Shown here piece after piece: positions 11,993-24,215 of a DNA stretch of 64,000 nucleotides. The notes beneath the pieces were generated by a model. The model saw only the letters and a program-made list of their open reading frames with translations. It was not told the DNA's origin and made no database searches. The translations under genes and the position numbers were made by a program. The DNA is from Heteronotia binoei (taxonomy: Eukaryota), in NCBI RefSeq assembly GCF_032191835.1, contig NC_083232.1, positions 69,688,001-69,752,000 of the forward strand, given 5' to 3'. The stretch's first letter is position 1. Every line of letters begins with the position of its first letter.

Positions 11993-12678
11993 TTTAGCCT
12001 TGAGAGGTGATATGATCACCATCTTCAAGGACTTGAAGGGTTGTCATATAGAGGACAGTGCAGAGTTCTTTTCTGTTGCCCCAGAAGGTCAGACCAGAAC
12101 CAACGGGTTGAAATTAAATCAGAAGTATTTTTGATTAAACATTAGGAAGAACTTCCTGACAGAGCAATTCCTCAGTGGAACAGGCTTCCTCGGGAGGTGG
12201 TGGGCTCTCCTTCCTTGGAGGTTTTTAAGCAGAGCTAGATGGCCATCTGACAGCAATGCTGATTCTGTGAACTTTAAAAGGTAAAGATAGTCCCCTGTGG
12301 AAGCACCAAGTCATTACCAAGCCACAGGGTGATGTCAGATCACAATGTCTTCTTGGCAGACTTTTTATGGGGTGGTTTGCCATTGCCTTCCCCAGTCATC
12401 TACACTTTCCCCCCAGCAAACTGGGTACTCATTTTATCAACCTCAGAAGGATGGAAGGCTGAGTCAACCTTGAACTGGCTACCTGAACCCAGTTTCCGCT
12501 GCGATCAAACTCAGGTCATGAGCAGAGCTTGAACTGCAGTACTGCAGCTTGCCACTCTGCACCATAGGGCTCCTTTCTGTGAACTTAGTGGGAGGTATTT
12601 GTGAATTTCCTGCATTGTGCAGGGAGTTGGACTAGATGACCCTGGAGGTCCCTTCCAACTTTATGATTCCGCGATTCT
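11993..12678 (+). mobile_element. CR1 LINE 3' fragment (older subfamily), interrupted by a Sauria SINE
   Basis: Degenerate CR1 ORF2 C-terminus and a typical 3' end (gaggtcccttccaac ... atgattc). Confidence 0.8.
12275..12574 (-). mobile_element. Sauria SINE nested in CR1
   Basis: Perfect 12-bp TSD ttctgtgaactt at 12263-12274 and 12575-12586. Confidence 0.88.
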
Positions 12679-13309
12679 AATGGCAGGAGTGCCTAGGAGC
12701 AGAAGAATGTGCAGCTGCCTCTTCTGCATACTGCTCCCATCAGCCTTCTGCGGCAATATATAATGTCCTGCCACCTAGATAAGGCTACAGAGCATGACTG
12801 TGTTATGTTTAGGGGAAAATATAAGTGACACTCAGCTGCATTCAGGTACTCCTCCCATCAAGAAACCATGAATCACACCAAAGCTTCTGAGGTCCAGCCC
12901 TGTTTCCTGGTATGAGAGGCCAAACGTAAGTTAGGCCTTGGAGAACCATGTCCAAATGATGCGGATTCCTAATACCGAGGCTGGTGAAGACTTAACTCTT
13001 TCATTTCCCATGTCTTTCTCTCGTGCTCCTTATAGTTCCTAAGACATGAGCAAGTCATACTTTGCTCTCTCTACCTGTGCTCCCACTACACACCACAGAG
13101 GCCCCATGTAGACATTACAGGACCCTCTGGGGCAACATCCTATTGAAGTATGACTCTCTTGTGCTCAAAAAAGCATTAGTCACACAGAGTCTCTGTTTCC
13201 CATTAGCAGAGGCAATAGAATAAAAAATTTATGCTCAGTTACATTTGGGTACTCCAACCCAGCCAACATTGCAAAAGCTTTCAAGCTCACCAGAACTCAC
13301 CCTCTGATC

Positions 13310-13495
13310 TCAGCCTTCCATCTTCTGAGGTCGATACAATGAGTACCCAGGTTGCTGGGGGGAAAGTGTAGATGACGGGGGAAGGCAATGGCAAACCACC
13401 CCCTAAAAAGTCTGCCAAGAAAACATCATGATGTGACGTCACCCCATGGGTTGGTAACGACTTGGTGCTTGCACAGGGGACTACCTTTACCTTTT
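13310..13495 (+). mobile_element. Sauria SINE, 3' two-thirds
   Basis: cagccttccatc...gaggtcgatacaatgagtaccc...ggggactacctttaccttt. Confidence 0.8.
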
Positions 13496-13924
13496 AAAAG
13501 ACAGTACACTGACTTTGTTCAACAAGCACTTTCTAAATTCACCAGCCTCAGTGGTGCAAAAAGGAGCGCAAGGGAAGTGATGTTCACTGTTTCCCCAGCA
13601 TAATCACAATTGTGGGAGGGAGGGAGGAAGACAGAGCTGCAATGGGGTCACCCAACAAAGTACAAGTTACTTTTTGATAGTGTATTCATATACTCACCAT
13701 CATTTATATTATTCTATTTTCTTCTTTTATACTATTATTGACATCATTTAACATTTCGTTATGACAGCAACATCTCATTATAACAATTAATATTATTACA
13801 ACATAAGCGTAAGACCAACCATCCAAATTCCGTACAAAACAGCGAAATGCAAAAAAAGCAGCCTAATGCTTTGAATTGTGTTCTTGCTTACAGAATTTGG
13901 ATAGCTGGTTTTTAATAAAAATGG

Positions 13925-13925
13925 T

Positions 13926-13960
<35 letters not shown>

Positions 13961-16900
13961 TTCGAGATTTATATCCCGCCCTTCCCACGAATGGCTCAGG
14001 GTGGCTTCCAACAATTAATCAAACATAAAATTTAAACAATTTCAAGTATAAAACAATTAAATATTTAAACAGTTAAAACCTTAAAAACAGAATATTTCCA
14101 TTTCCTGTAAACAGATGGCTGGCCAGTTACATCGAATTGTCGTCCTAGCTAAGTATAAGCTAGCCGGAAGAGGGTCGTCTTACAGGCCCTGCGGAACTGC
14201 GCCAAGTCCCGCAGGGCCCTCACCTCTTCCAGCAGCTGATTCCACCATACGGGGGCCATAATGGAGAAAGCCCTTTCTCTGGTGGCTTTTAAACGGGCTT
14301 CTTTTGGCCCGGGGATAGTGAGGAGATTTTGTGTTCCTGACCTCAGTGCTCTCTGGGGAACATGTGGGGAGAGACGGTCCTTCAGGTAGGCAGGTCCCAG
14401 GCCATATAGGGCTTTAAAGGTAATAACCAGCACCTTGTACCGGACTCGGTATATCACTGGAAGCCAGTGCAGAGTCCGGAGACCCGGCCGGATGTGTCCC
14501 CACTTTGGGAGACCCAATAGCAGCCGGGCCGCGGCATTCTGCACCAGCTGCAGTTTCCGGGTCTGAGACAAGGGCAGCCCCATGTAGAGGGCATTGCAGT
14601 AGTCCAACCTCGAGGTGACCGTAGCATGGATCACTGTTGCTAGGTCGTTGCGCTCCAGAAAGGGGGCCAGCTGCCTTGCCCGCCTAAGATGAAAAAATGC
14701 GGACTTGGCAGCGGCTGCTATCTGAGCCTCCATCTTTAAGGAAGGCTCCAACAGCACCCCCAAGCTCTTGACCCTGTCCGCCGCCATCAGCGGCGCACCA
14801 TCAAAAGCCGGCAGGGGGATCCCCCTCCCCGGGCCGCGGCGACCCAAGCAAAGGACCTCTGTCTTCGTAGGATTTAGCTTCAGCCCGCTCAGTCTGAGCC
14901 ACTCAGCCATGGCCCGTAATGCCTGGTCAAGATTTTCCGGGGCGCAGACAGGCTGGCCGTCCATCAGTAGATAGAGCTGGGTGTCATCAGCATACTGGTG
15001 ACACCCCAGCCCATACCTTCGGGCAATCTGGGCAAGAGGCCGCATGTAGATGTTAAATAACATTGGGGAGAGAACCGCCCCTTGGGGCACACCACAATTG
15101 AGTGTGCGCCTCCGGGATAGCTCCCCCCCAATTGCGACCCTTTGTCCCCGACCTTCCAGGAAAGAGGAAAGCCACTGTAAGGCCAACCCCTGAATCCCCG
15201 CGTCGGCGAGGCGGCACGTCAGTAGCCGATGGTCGACCGTGTCGAATGCAGTCGACAGGTCTAACAACATCAGCACCGCCGAGCCACCCCGATCCAGATG
15301 CCGTTGAAGGTCATCCACTAGGGCAACCAGCACTGTCTCCGTCCCGTGTCCCGGGCGAAAGCCGGACTGAAATGGGTCAAGGACGGAAGTGTCCTCCAGG
15401 AAAGTCTGTAACTGCATTGCCACTGCCCTCTCAATAAGTTTACCCAGAAAGGGCAAATTTGAAACCGGCCGATAGTGTGTCAATTGGGCCGGATCTAACA
15501 ATGGCTTTTTTAGGAGGGGTCAGACCACAGCCTCTTTGAGTGGCGTTGGAAAGTGCCCTTCCATTAGGGATCTGTTTATGATATCCCACACGGGATATCT
15601 AAGATCCCCCTGGCAAGATTTAATAAGCCAGGAAGGGCATGGGTCTAATTTACAAGTTGTTGGGCGAGCAGATACGAGAATCCTGTCAACTTCCTCCAGA
15701 CTGAGGGGGCCAAAGCCATCCAGAGTATAATCCGAAGACAGGCTCGGGGCCCCAGGTTCGCTAACTGTCTCCAAACTGGCAGGGGGGTCGGGGCGGAGTG
15801 ACGCAACTTTATCCGCAAAAAATTTCGCAAAAGCCTCACAGCCAATTTCCAATTCAATAGAATTTAACCTGCCTTGCGGCAGCGTTGTGAGTCCTCTAAT
15901 TACGTCGAATAATTGTGCCGGGCGCGAAGTTGCGGACGCAATCTTAGCCGCAAAGAATACTCTCTTTGCGGATTTGATTGCCATCTCATAGGCCTTCAAA
16001 CTCTCTCTATAAGATGTTCGGGTCGCTTCGTCTCGAGTACGCCGCCATTGCCTCTCTAGTCGTCTGAGCCCCCGCTTTTGTTGCCGCAGCTCCCGGTTAA
16101 ACCAAGGCGACGGTTTCGGGCGGGGGCACAGAGGGCGCCTGGGTGCGATCTCCTCGATGGCCCTGGAGAGCCCATCGTTCCAGGACTCTACCAGATCATC
16201 CAGGGAATCGCCAGCGGGCCAGGTATCCCGTAGAGCCGTTAGGAACCGTTCCGGGTCCATCAGGCTCCGCGGGTGAGCTAAAATACGCTCTCCACCTAAA
16301 CGGGTTTTGGGTGACACCTCCATACGGGCCTTAAGGGCAAAGTGATCTGACCATGGCACTGCTTCCGTTGCAATATCAGTCACTGATATTCCGGCCGCAA
16401 AGACCAGGTCTAACATGTGTCCCGCCTGATGAGTGGGTGTTGTAACAACCTGGGAGAGTCCTAGTGTCGCCATGGATGACACCAGGTCCATCGCCTGGCT
16501 GGATGCCGCGTCGTCGGCATGGACATTGAAGTCACCCAAGACCAAAAGCCTTGGGTGCTCCAACGCCCAGCCCGCCGCGGCCTCCACCAGGGATGGTAAG
16601 GCGCCGGCCGGTGCGTTAGGCGGTCGGTACACCAGCCAGATCGCCAACCCCTCCCCAACATCCCACATCAGGCCAACACATTCAACGCCTGGGATCTCTG
16701 GAGCCGGAAGAGCCCTAAAGGAGTAAGCCTCTCGTATGAAAAGTGCCCCCCCGCCCGCTAGTCCGTGACTGGTGAAAGACCGAGTATCCCGGAGGAACGG
16801 TCTGGGAGAGAGCTACCGTCTCCCCTTCGCACACCCAGGTCTCGGTCACGCAAGCCAGGTCCATGTCCTGTTCGGTCAAAAACTCCTGCAGGACAGAGGT

Positions 16901-18480
16901 CTTATTATTGATGGACCTGGCGTTGCATAACACCAGTGACGGAGGCGAATAATTCAACCTGGCCCCACTACCTGTCACCGTCGGGATGGGACGAAGGCTG
17001 GAAGGGGGTCGAGCACTGTTATGTCTCGATCTCCTTCCTTTATAATTCTGCCTCGTCCCACCATCATATCTTCCCCTCCCCAGGAGCACTGGAATCCCCA
17101 GGCCAATCATCTCCTGTTAATGTCCCCCTAGATTGATGGAACCGTCCAACTACCCTCTCTTCCACCCCCTCCTCCCAGCTGGTCTGTCTATTTTAACTAA
17201 TCTGCCATTTACTGATTAGCTATTTAACTAAATCCCCTCTAAACTTCCCAACGATTATTAGCTAAAATTTAAATTAATTTGATCTAAAGGCTTATTAATT
17301 ATAAAACCCTCCCCAATAATTATTCTTCCTTAATCAATTTGCCACAGAACAGTTTTTAGTTTCAGAAGCTCCTTAATCATAAAAAACCCTCCCAATAAAT
17401 TCTTCCTTAATTAATTCGCTATAATTCAAACTCTCACCTTAGCCAATAAATAATCTCCAATTTAAATAGCCTATAAACCACAACTAATAATAAATAATAT
17501 TTCTCAATTGGCAGTTCAGATCTGATGGGACGGGGGATAGGGACAGGGGGATGTAAACAGTTGAGTAGTGAGCAATGGTTTTAAAGTGCTAGTGCCTATG
17601 AGTGCAGTGTTCTTATTTTTGCCGTGTTCTTGTCTTTTTTTCTTCTGGCGTACTGGTATCCATATGGAGCCTGCTTCTTGTAGAGCGGTAAGAGGGGGGG
17701 GGGAATTGCCGAGAAGTAGATAGCTGGATAAGGGTCATTGAAATGTTCTTATGTTGGTTATATGGCCGACCGGCAGACTCGGGCAACTCCCTGTGCAGAC
17801 TCGGGGGGCCCGGAGGGTATGAGCCCTCCGCGTCCCTTTCGTCCCACAGCCTCCGCCCTAATCCGCCTGTCAGCAACTCAATTCGGCCCTTCCAATATTC
17901 TTCCAGACCCTTCAGCCACCAATCAATCCCGCACTCCCCCCAGTCAAAGTCACACTCCCACACAGGGAGGGGGGTAAGGGGGATAGGTCCCACGGCTAGT
18001 CCGGCGTTGTTATTATCTCCTCCGGCTCACGGTTCAGGTTCGCGGCTCGGCTCCTCCAGCCCCCGACTCCGCTCCTCAGCCTCCGCGACCGCCTCAAAGA
18101 TGTCTAGCTACGGTCCGGTCGGCTCAGCTCCTCCACCTCCACGTTCGCCTCAGTTGCGCCCGACTACGGCCCTGGCCGACTCAGCTTGCTTCTCCCGCGG
18201 CACGCACACCGCCCACAGCAGGTCCCGTCGCCGCCGCCTTCCCACTCTACTCCGCGGCTCGGCGCGGTGCGACTCGGCCCGAGCACCACAGGCAAGTTAG
18301 TTCGTTTCAAGGGGGGAGGACGGTTTAATGGTCTTCAAAATTCCTCACCTCCCTCTCTCAACTGCTTGTCCCTCCGTCAGAGGTAGAAAGCGAGTAGCTT
18401 GGCTTAGCTTGTGTGGCGGTGAGAGCTGTTTCTCGAGGAGCTCTAACGCTAGGGCTCCTCCACCGCCGCCATCTTTTTGG
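13925..18480 (-). mobile_element. Near full-length L2-clade LINE
   Basis: APE endonuclease plus RT ORF2, (TAAA)n 3' tail at 13925-13962, GC/CpG-rich 5' region to about 18480. The 5' boundary is approximate. Confidence 0.88.
14149..17110 (-). pseudogene. L2 ORF2 (APE endonuclease + reverse transcriptase) with two lesions
   Basis: Motifs LCNARS, VTETW, LGDFN, SDH, GVPQG, YADD. A frameshift lies near 16746 (SRTSGRGG/ALFIREAY) and an in-frame TGA at 15522-15520 (VV*PLLKKP, probably CGA>TGA). Confidence 0.88.
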
Positions 18481-19682
18481 TCACATTTCAAGTTCTCTGT
18501 TTTGACAGATATATTTTGAGAGTGGATTCTTCGTATATTTAGCAAATAGAAAGCAGATGATGTTGAAACAGCTTCCATTGAACTTAAAAATGACTACATG
18601 AATTACTGGTTGCTTAAGATTTGCTTTTTGACATTAACATGGTATTCTTAAAGAGAACAGCAATTCAGTTAAGAGAATACAAACCGGATTGCTGCATTTT
18701 TGCCATGGTTTTATGTGCTGTAATTTTAAAATCAAATAACACTGGGTTGGACCCAACAATCTTCTTTTGCTGATAAAAAAAGAAGGAGGGGTCTTCTTTG
18801 ACCAAAAGAGAAGGCTATGCTGGGGAATCATGAAACCATGACATATAAAAAAGCCATGTCGACAGAATAAAAACCAGGATCCAGCATGCTGATTGTCCTG
18901 AATGCTGTATGTAGAAGCACTTCCCCCCAGAATATATAATCACATTGGGGCAAAAAAAAAAAAGGATTTATGATTTGTCTAAGATTCTGGGCCACCATTT
19001 AAAGACAGTCCCCAAAGATCACCTGGGAAGAAAATACCTGCTCTGTAATGCTTTGCTGTGGACGCCTGGAACAAATAATGGATTCCTCCCATCATTCTAT
19101 GTAATTTTAGCATATCCCATGAATCTCACCTAAGTAGCAAAAGAAGGAGTAAAAATAAATTTAACATTGACAGCAAACTTGCTGGCTGAACTACACAGTT
19201 CCACAGAAGTTGTTTTGCAATACTCCTTTTTTCCTATTACAAGTCAAATCATGCTTTGTCATGACCTTTCACTCCAGGCATTTTACAATTTGCTGGTTTA
19301 TTTTAACTATAGATAGTAGGTAAAACCTAGATGTAACTCACAGATGATCAAATCCTGGTTTGCCTTGAGCAATTGCCTTCTCTCTCTAGTATGGGAGGAT
19401 TTTGCTGGGTACAAGCCAGGTACAAGATACATGTCTGAATTCTTAGAACACACAATAGTTAAAACTGTTTAAGAAAGCAGTTTACTAGCCAGTCAACTAA
19501 CCCTAGTTAAGTTTAATTAAACCATGGTTTCAAGGGATGCCAAACTGAGCCTTTGAAAGATGACTTTTTAAAGGGATAAACAGCACCATCTGGTGGCTTA
19601 GCCATTGCTTGCTATTTACATGCAATGCCTCAAATGTGGTATTATTTATGAAACTAAGTCCAATATGCATCTTTGGGCATTT

Positions 19683-19876
19683 TAGGGCTGCAAAACTCCA
19701 GGTGAGACCTTGAGATCTCCTGCTATTATAATTGATTGCCAGACAACAGAGATCAGTTCTCCTGGAGAAAATGGCTCTGTGGAGGGTAGTCTCTGTGGCA
19801 TTCTATCCTACTGAGTTTCTTTCACACCCCACACCCCAATCTCCAGGTATTTCCCTATCCAGAGCTGGCAACCCTA
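19683..19876. mobile_element. hAT-like MITE, family D
   Basis: tagggctgca ... tggcaacccta TIRs; perfect 8-bp TSD gggcattt. Confidence 0.82.
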
Positions 19877-22816
19877 GGGCATTTCCAAGCCACTAACAAA
19901 CTATGGGGCCAAGGACACTGAAGAGGGAAGCCTACTGTTCTCCCAACTAGGATAACAGATTCACTCTTCCGAAAGAATAGACTCCAGTGGGATCTTAAAA
20001 AAAAAAAGGTAAAGGTAAAGAGTTTGCAGTCCCTCAATGACCCTCCTTCCCACTGCATTTTGTTAAATTGCTTTATATAGATACATTTAAAAATGCTTTA
20101 ATGTCTCTACTGCTTGCTGCCTTGAGGACAGCATTATGCCAAGTTAAGGTCTCCTGGATAGAAAAGTCCGAGGGCTACAAACAACACAGAAGTAGCAGTA
20201 ACTGCAGTGCTTGCATGTTCTGACAAATGGCCACTTGGAACCTGCATGTTTTAGATGTTGTTTCCTCGCATCGTGGAAGTGTGATAAATCAGGCCTTAAG
20301 AGCTGAAGGGATTGTTCAAAGTAACAGCAACACAATTCTTCAACCCACGGCCACAAAATCAAATAAATACCAATTTAAGCGCTATTTATGCAATCAATAT
20401 GTGAGTTGCTTTTGATTTTGAAGTAGAGATTGGCAGGCTCCTTCAAGGCATCTCTTCTTTACAGAATGCTCCCAGACAGGCTTCTACTAGCCCTGGCACA
20501 GATTAAAGAGAGGTCCCCAGACAGCCCTTCCCACTCTGTGTGGCTGGGCATAACAAATCATTACATGCTATTGGAGCAAACCTGAAGCATACTTTAGCAC
20601 ACAATCAGTTGCCAGGTGAAAACAGAAGAGTGCCTTTGTCATCAGAAAACCAAGACCTTTGCCACTGGCAGTAATAATCTTTACTTATGTGGGTTTCAAT
20701 ACAAGTGACATATGGTCCATTTTGAAAACAGAACAAAGAAGTCTTTGATCACATAAATGTACCCATCAATTGTTCTAGAGCTATAAAGTAAGGACCAAGC
20801 AGAGGAACAGTAGGGCCAGCCTACAAAGAGGCATAAAGCAACTGGGATCTTATTCTCTTGCCTAAAATTTAAATCTTTGTGACCCTGAGATATAAAAACA
20901 GGGATCACTTGGGACTTCCTACTTTGAGTGTGAGCTGTGCAAAGCTAGCCCTGGATTCATCAGGTATAATATAGCCAGCAAACACAACTGGGAGAAAAGA
21001 CCACCCTAATTTTCCATCTAGAATAATCTCTAGTCTAGTAATTTCAGACTCAGGATGCACCTTTAAAGTCCCTAGCTAAAACAATGGAAGTTTTTAAAAA
21101 AACATTTTTTTCTTTGCACTTCCCTCAGGGAATACCCTAACCAGGATTCTTCACACATATGTATATGCTTGTGTGTAGCTGGTAACAGTTAAAGTTTGAT
21201 AAAACCAGGAAAAAAGGTGCAATGCTTTACAGGGACAAAAGGCTTCCACTGTGGCATCACTGATGCAATCTATATTACATCAAGTCGTGATTCGTCTGTG
21301 CAACCCAAGCCACTAGCCACTCTATTGACTAGCTGGGCAGAATTGGCCAATCAAGCCCATTGGAATGGGATAAATCTTATGCATATTTAACAAATTCTAC
21401 CAAACTCTAAATTAATTTCCAAGGCCAGGAGAGACACAGGGTCTATCTTAGAGTTCTCTACCACAAGATGGTAAAAATGGTTGCTAATAACTTTTTAAAA
21501 CTGGGAATATTGGCACTTCTCAACTGCCAAATATTTCCCCCCTTGAATTGAAATTCAAGGTATACTTTATTCTTGCACTCAAAAAGCACAAGACTAAGAA
21601 CTGTTAGCTTAGAAGAGCCTACCCAGTCTTTGGAATTTATTGACATATTCAGAGGATAGGCCTACCACCAGCGGTTCCACATTCCCTGTTTAATGACAGT
21701 ATGTTCCATTCAGGGGTGGACTGACAAGATGAAATGGCCCACAGGCAAACAAACTGAACACTCACAGCAGCCCTAAACACCAGCATAGCAAAGGCAGCTC
21801 AGGTTAGATGCAGCCAGAGATATCAATTACATGCACTGTTTCACTCATTGCCTTCTTTCATAGCACAACTGGCCATGATCCAGGATGAGGCAACTGGTGA
21901 ACTGACACTGATCGAATATTGCCACTGAAAATACAAGCCAAGCAGCCCCTGGACATTGGCACACAACTCTCCTTGTTCCAGGTGGCCAGTAGACCTCCAG
22001 TGTAGAGGCCTACCAGGAACTTTCCTGGCAAGTTAAATCCTGTGTGACTATCAGATGCTGAACCAGGTGTTCTATATGAGCCTCCCAGAGGATTTGGCTG
22101 ACCACAGCTGAAAACCCAGAATACTAGCCCAGATGTTTCTTGTTTACTGTTAACAAACTTAAAAAGAAGAAAATTTTGGTATTGCAAGCAACAAGATTTC
22201 AAGTTTTGAATTGGAATCTAGCATATCTTAATACATTCATTCACACTCCTGAAAAGCAGTGAAAAAAATGAAGCCACTTTAAAGCTTATGCCTGTAATTT
22301 AGCTTAGATGGCAGGAAACTAAAAGGCGGCACAATATTTCAATTACTTGAAAGCATTTCAAAGTGGTATCATAACTTCATAACTTCAACATGACAAGATG
22401 TAGCAACAATAGAATGAAAAATGTCTTCAGAGGATTAATCTCCAGTTGTACAGAGTATAACAGAGGATTAATCTCGTTATATAGAGTATAACAGTGGCAA
22501 CAATTTGGCATACAGAAAAGGGAAGGTACAATATACAAAAAGGATGTCAAATATGAACAGGACCTCTCGGCTAAGGCTTTGGTTATTAATACTGAAAGAT
22601 TAGTTTTTATTCCTACATCCAACTTTGCAAGAGAACCAGTCTCTGGAAAACCTTAGAATGGATTTACGCATGTTCTTCACAAGCAAATAACAACTATTGG
22701 CCCATGGAAATGGTTCTGACAAAGCAGATTAAATCATGCTAATTTTATACAGATTAAATCATGCTAATTCTCTTCTTGAAGTATGAGGCAAGAAAACTTT
22801 AGACTTTCTCCAGATA

Positions 22817-23116
22817 GGAAAAGGAAAGGTCCCCTGTGCAAGCACCAGTCGTTTCCGACTCTGGAGTGACGTTGCTTTCACATTTTCACGGCAGACTTTT
22901 TACGGGGTGGTTTGCCATTGCCTTCCCCAGTCTTTTACACTTTCCTCCCAGCAAGCTGGGTACTCATTTTACTGACCTCAGAAGGATGGAAGGCTGAGTC
23001 CACCTTGGGCCAGGTACCTGAATCCAACTTCCACTGGAACTGAACTCAGGTGGTGGTGAGCAGAGTTCAGACCTCAGTACTGTAGTACTGCTGCGTTATC
23101 ACTCTGCGCCAAGGTA
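22817..23116 (-). mobile_element. Sauria SINE with a long flanking duplication
   Basis: Full body; 31-bp direct repeats at 22786-22816 and 23117-23147. Confidence 0.85.
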
Positions 23117-23839
23117 AGGCAAGAAAACTTGACACTTTCTGCAGATAAGCTACTTGCAAATTTGTAACAAAGTTCCAACTATGCACTCACACTGAGGCAA
23201 GTCAGAAGTAATTTTCTGAAATTATGCCTCAGTAAGCATTTCTCTGCTTGAGTCTGAAGTAACAACATTAATACCCAAATGTAGCTAGAAAGTACTTTCT
23301 TCTGAATACAAAATGCTGAAACTGTTTACAATAGTTCATTTCCAGGCTAGTGAGTGCCATATTACATAGGGGATGGCATGGAAACAATAAAAACCTTTCC
23401 ACTTTTTCATACCCACTAGAACAGGGAGCAGCATCTTGAATCCATATGGATATCATGCCTCACCCTGGTTGATACAAGGATCCCAGAGGATATATCAATA
23501 TATCCTGTTATTTTTTCCCCATAAAAATCAATAGGATATAAGCACAGCATTACATGTATAAGCACCATTATGCTTCAATGGGATTTGCCAGCACTAAACT
23601 TTCCCTAAATCACACATGGTCCCTTTAACAGTCTCAAAACAATTTCATGTGATTGTGTTTAAGCCAAATTCTCCATTTTGGAACTAAATGTATTTAGAAG
23701 CAGCAAAATGGGAGTTTTTGTTCAGTTGCAGTTCAAAGATAGTATTTTATTTATTAGGTAGTTTGGTAAAAGCAATGTAAAAATACACAAGTCATCATAG
23801 TAGGTGTATATAAATGAAGTTTATTTGACTGCAGACAGT

Positions 23840-23911
23840 TTATGCTTTTTTGGGAGCAGCAGCAGTGGCCTTCTGAAGCTTCTTGACTTCATGCTTGATG
23901 ATCCTGTTTCT
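23840..23911 (-). CDS. RPL14: 60S ribosomal protein L14, exon 6 (RNRIIKHEVKKLQKATAAAPKKA*)
   Basis: AG acceptor at 23913-23912; TAA at 23842-23840; AATAAA at 23825-23820. Confidence 0.95.
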   Translation of the reverse strand, partial: RNRIIKHEVKKLQKATAAAPKKA

Positions 23912-24029
23912 CTGTAACAAACAAATTTGATTTTTAAAAGCAAAAGAAGTGAAGATTATTTAATTATCCTTATTGTTTGCATCTGGGCTTTTGAAAGAAT
24001 ATGTAAGCTGCCCTGAGGGTTTGTTAAAA

Positions 24030-24215
24030 ATTTATTTATATTATCTTTCTGAAATGAGGACTCCAAAACAGCTTACAGCATTATCTCCTCCATTTTATTT
24101 ACACAACCAACCTATGAAAAGGTTAGGCCAAGGGGTGGATGACTTGCCCCCAAGGTCACTAAGCAAGCTTCCATAAGCAGAGTGGGGAATTTGAATCTAA
24201 CCACTACATCACACA
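24030..24215 (-). mobile_element. Degenerate tRNA/CORE-type SINE with L2-like tail in RPL14 intron 5
   Basis: ccaaggtcactaagcaagcttccat...gagtggggaatttgaa...ctaaccactacatcacac, shared with 31020-31560 and 54370-54600. Boundaries approximate. Confidence 0.55.

Noticed and set aside
17743-18300. 185-aa plus-strand ORF
   Set aside because: Antisense reading of the GC-rich L2 5' region.
13918-18484. TSD for the long L2
   Set aside because: Only a 4-nt match (tggt) at the candidate ends; not significant.
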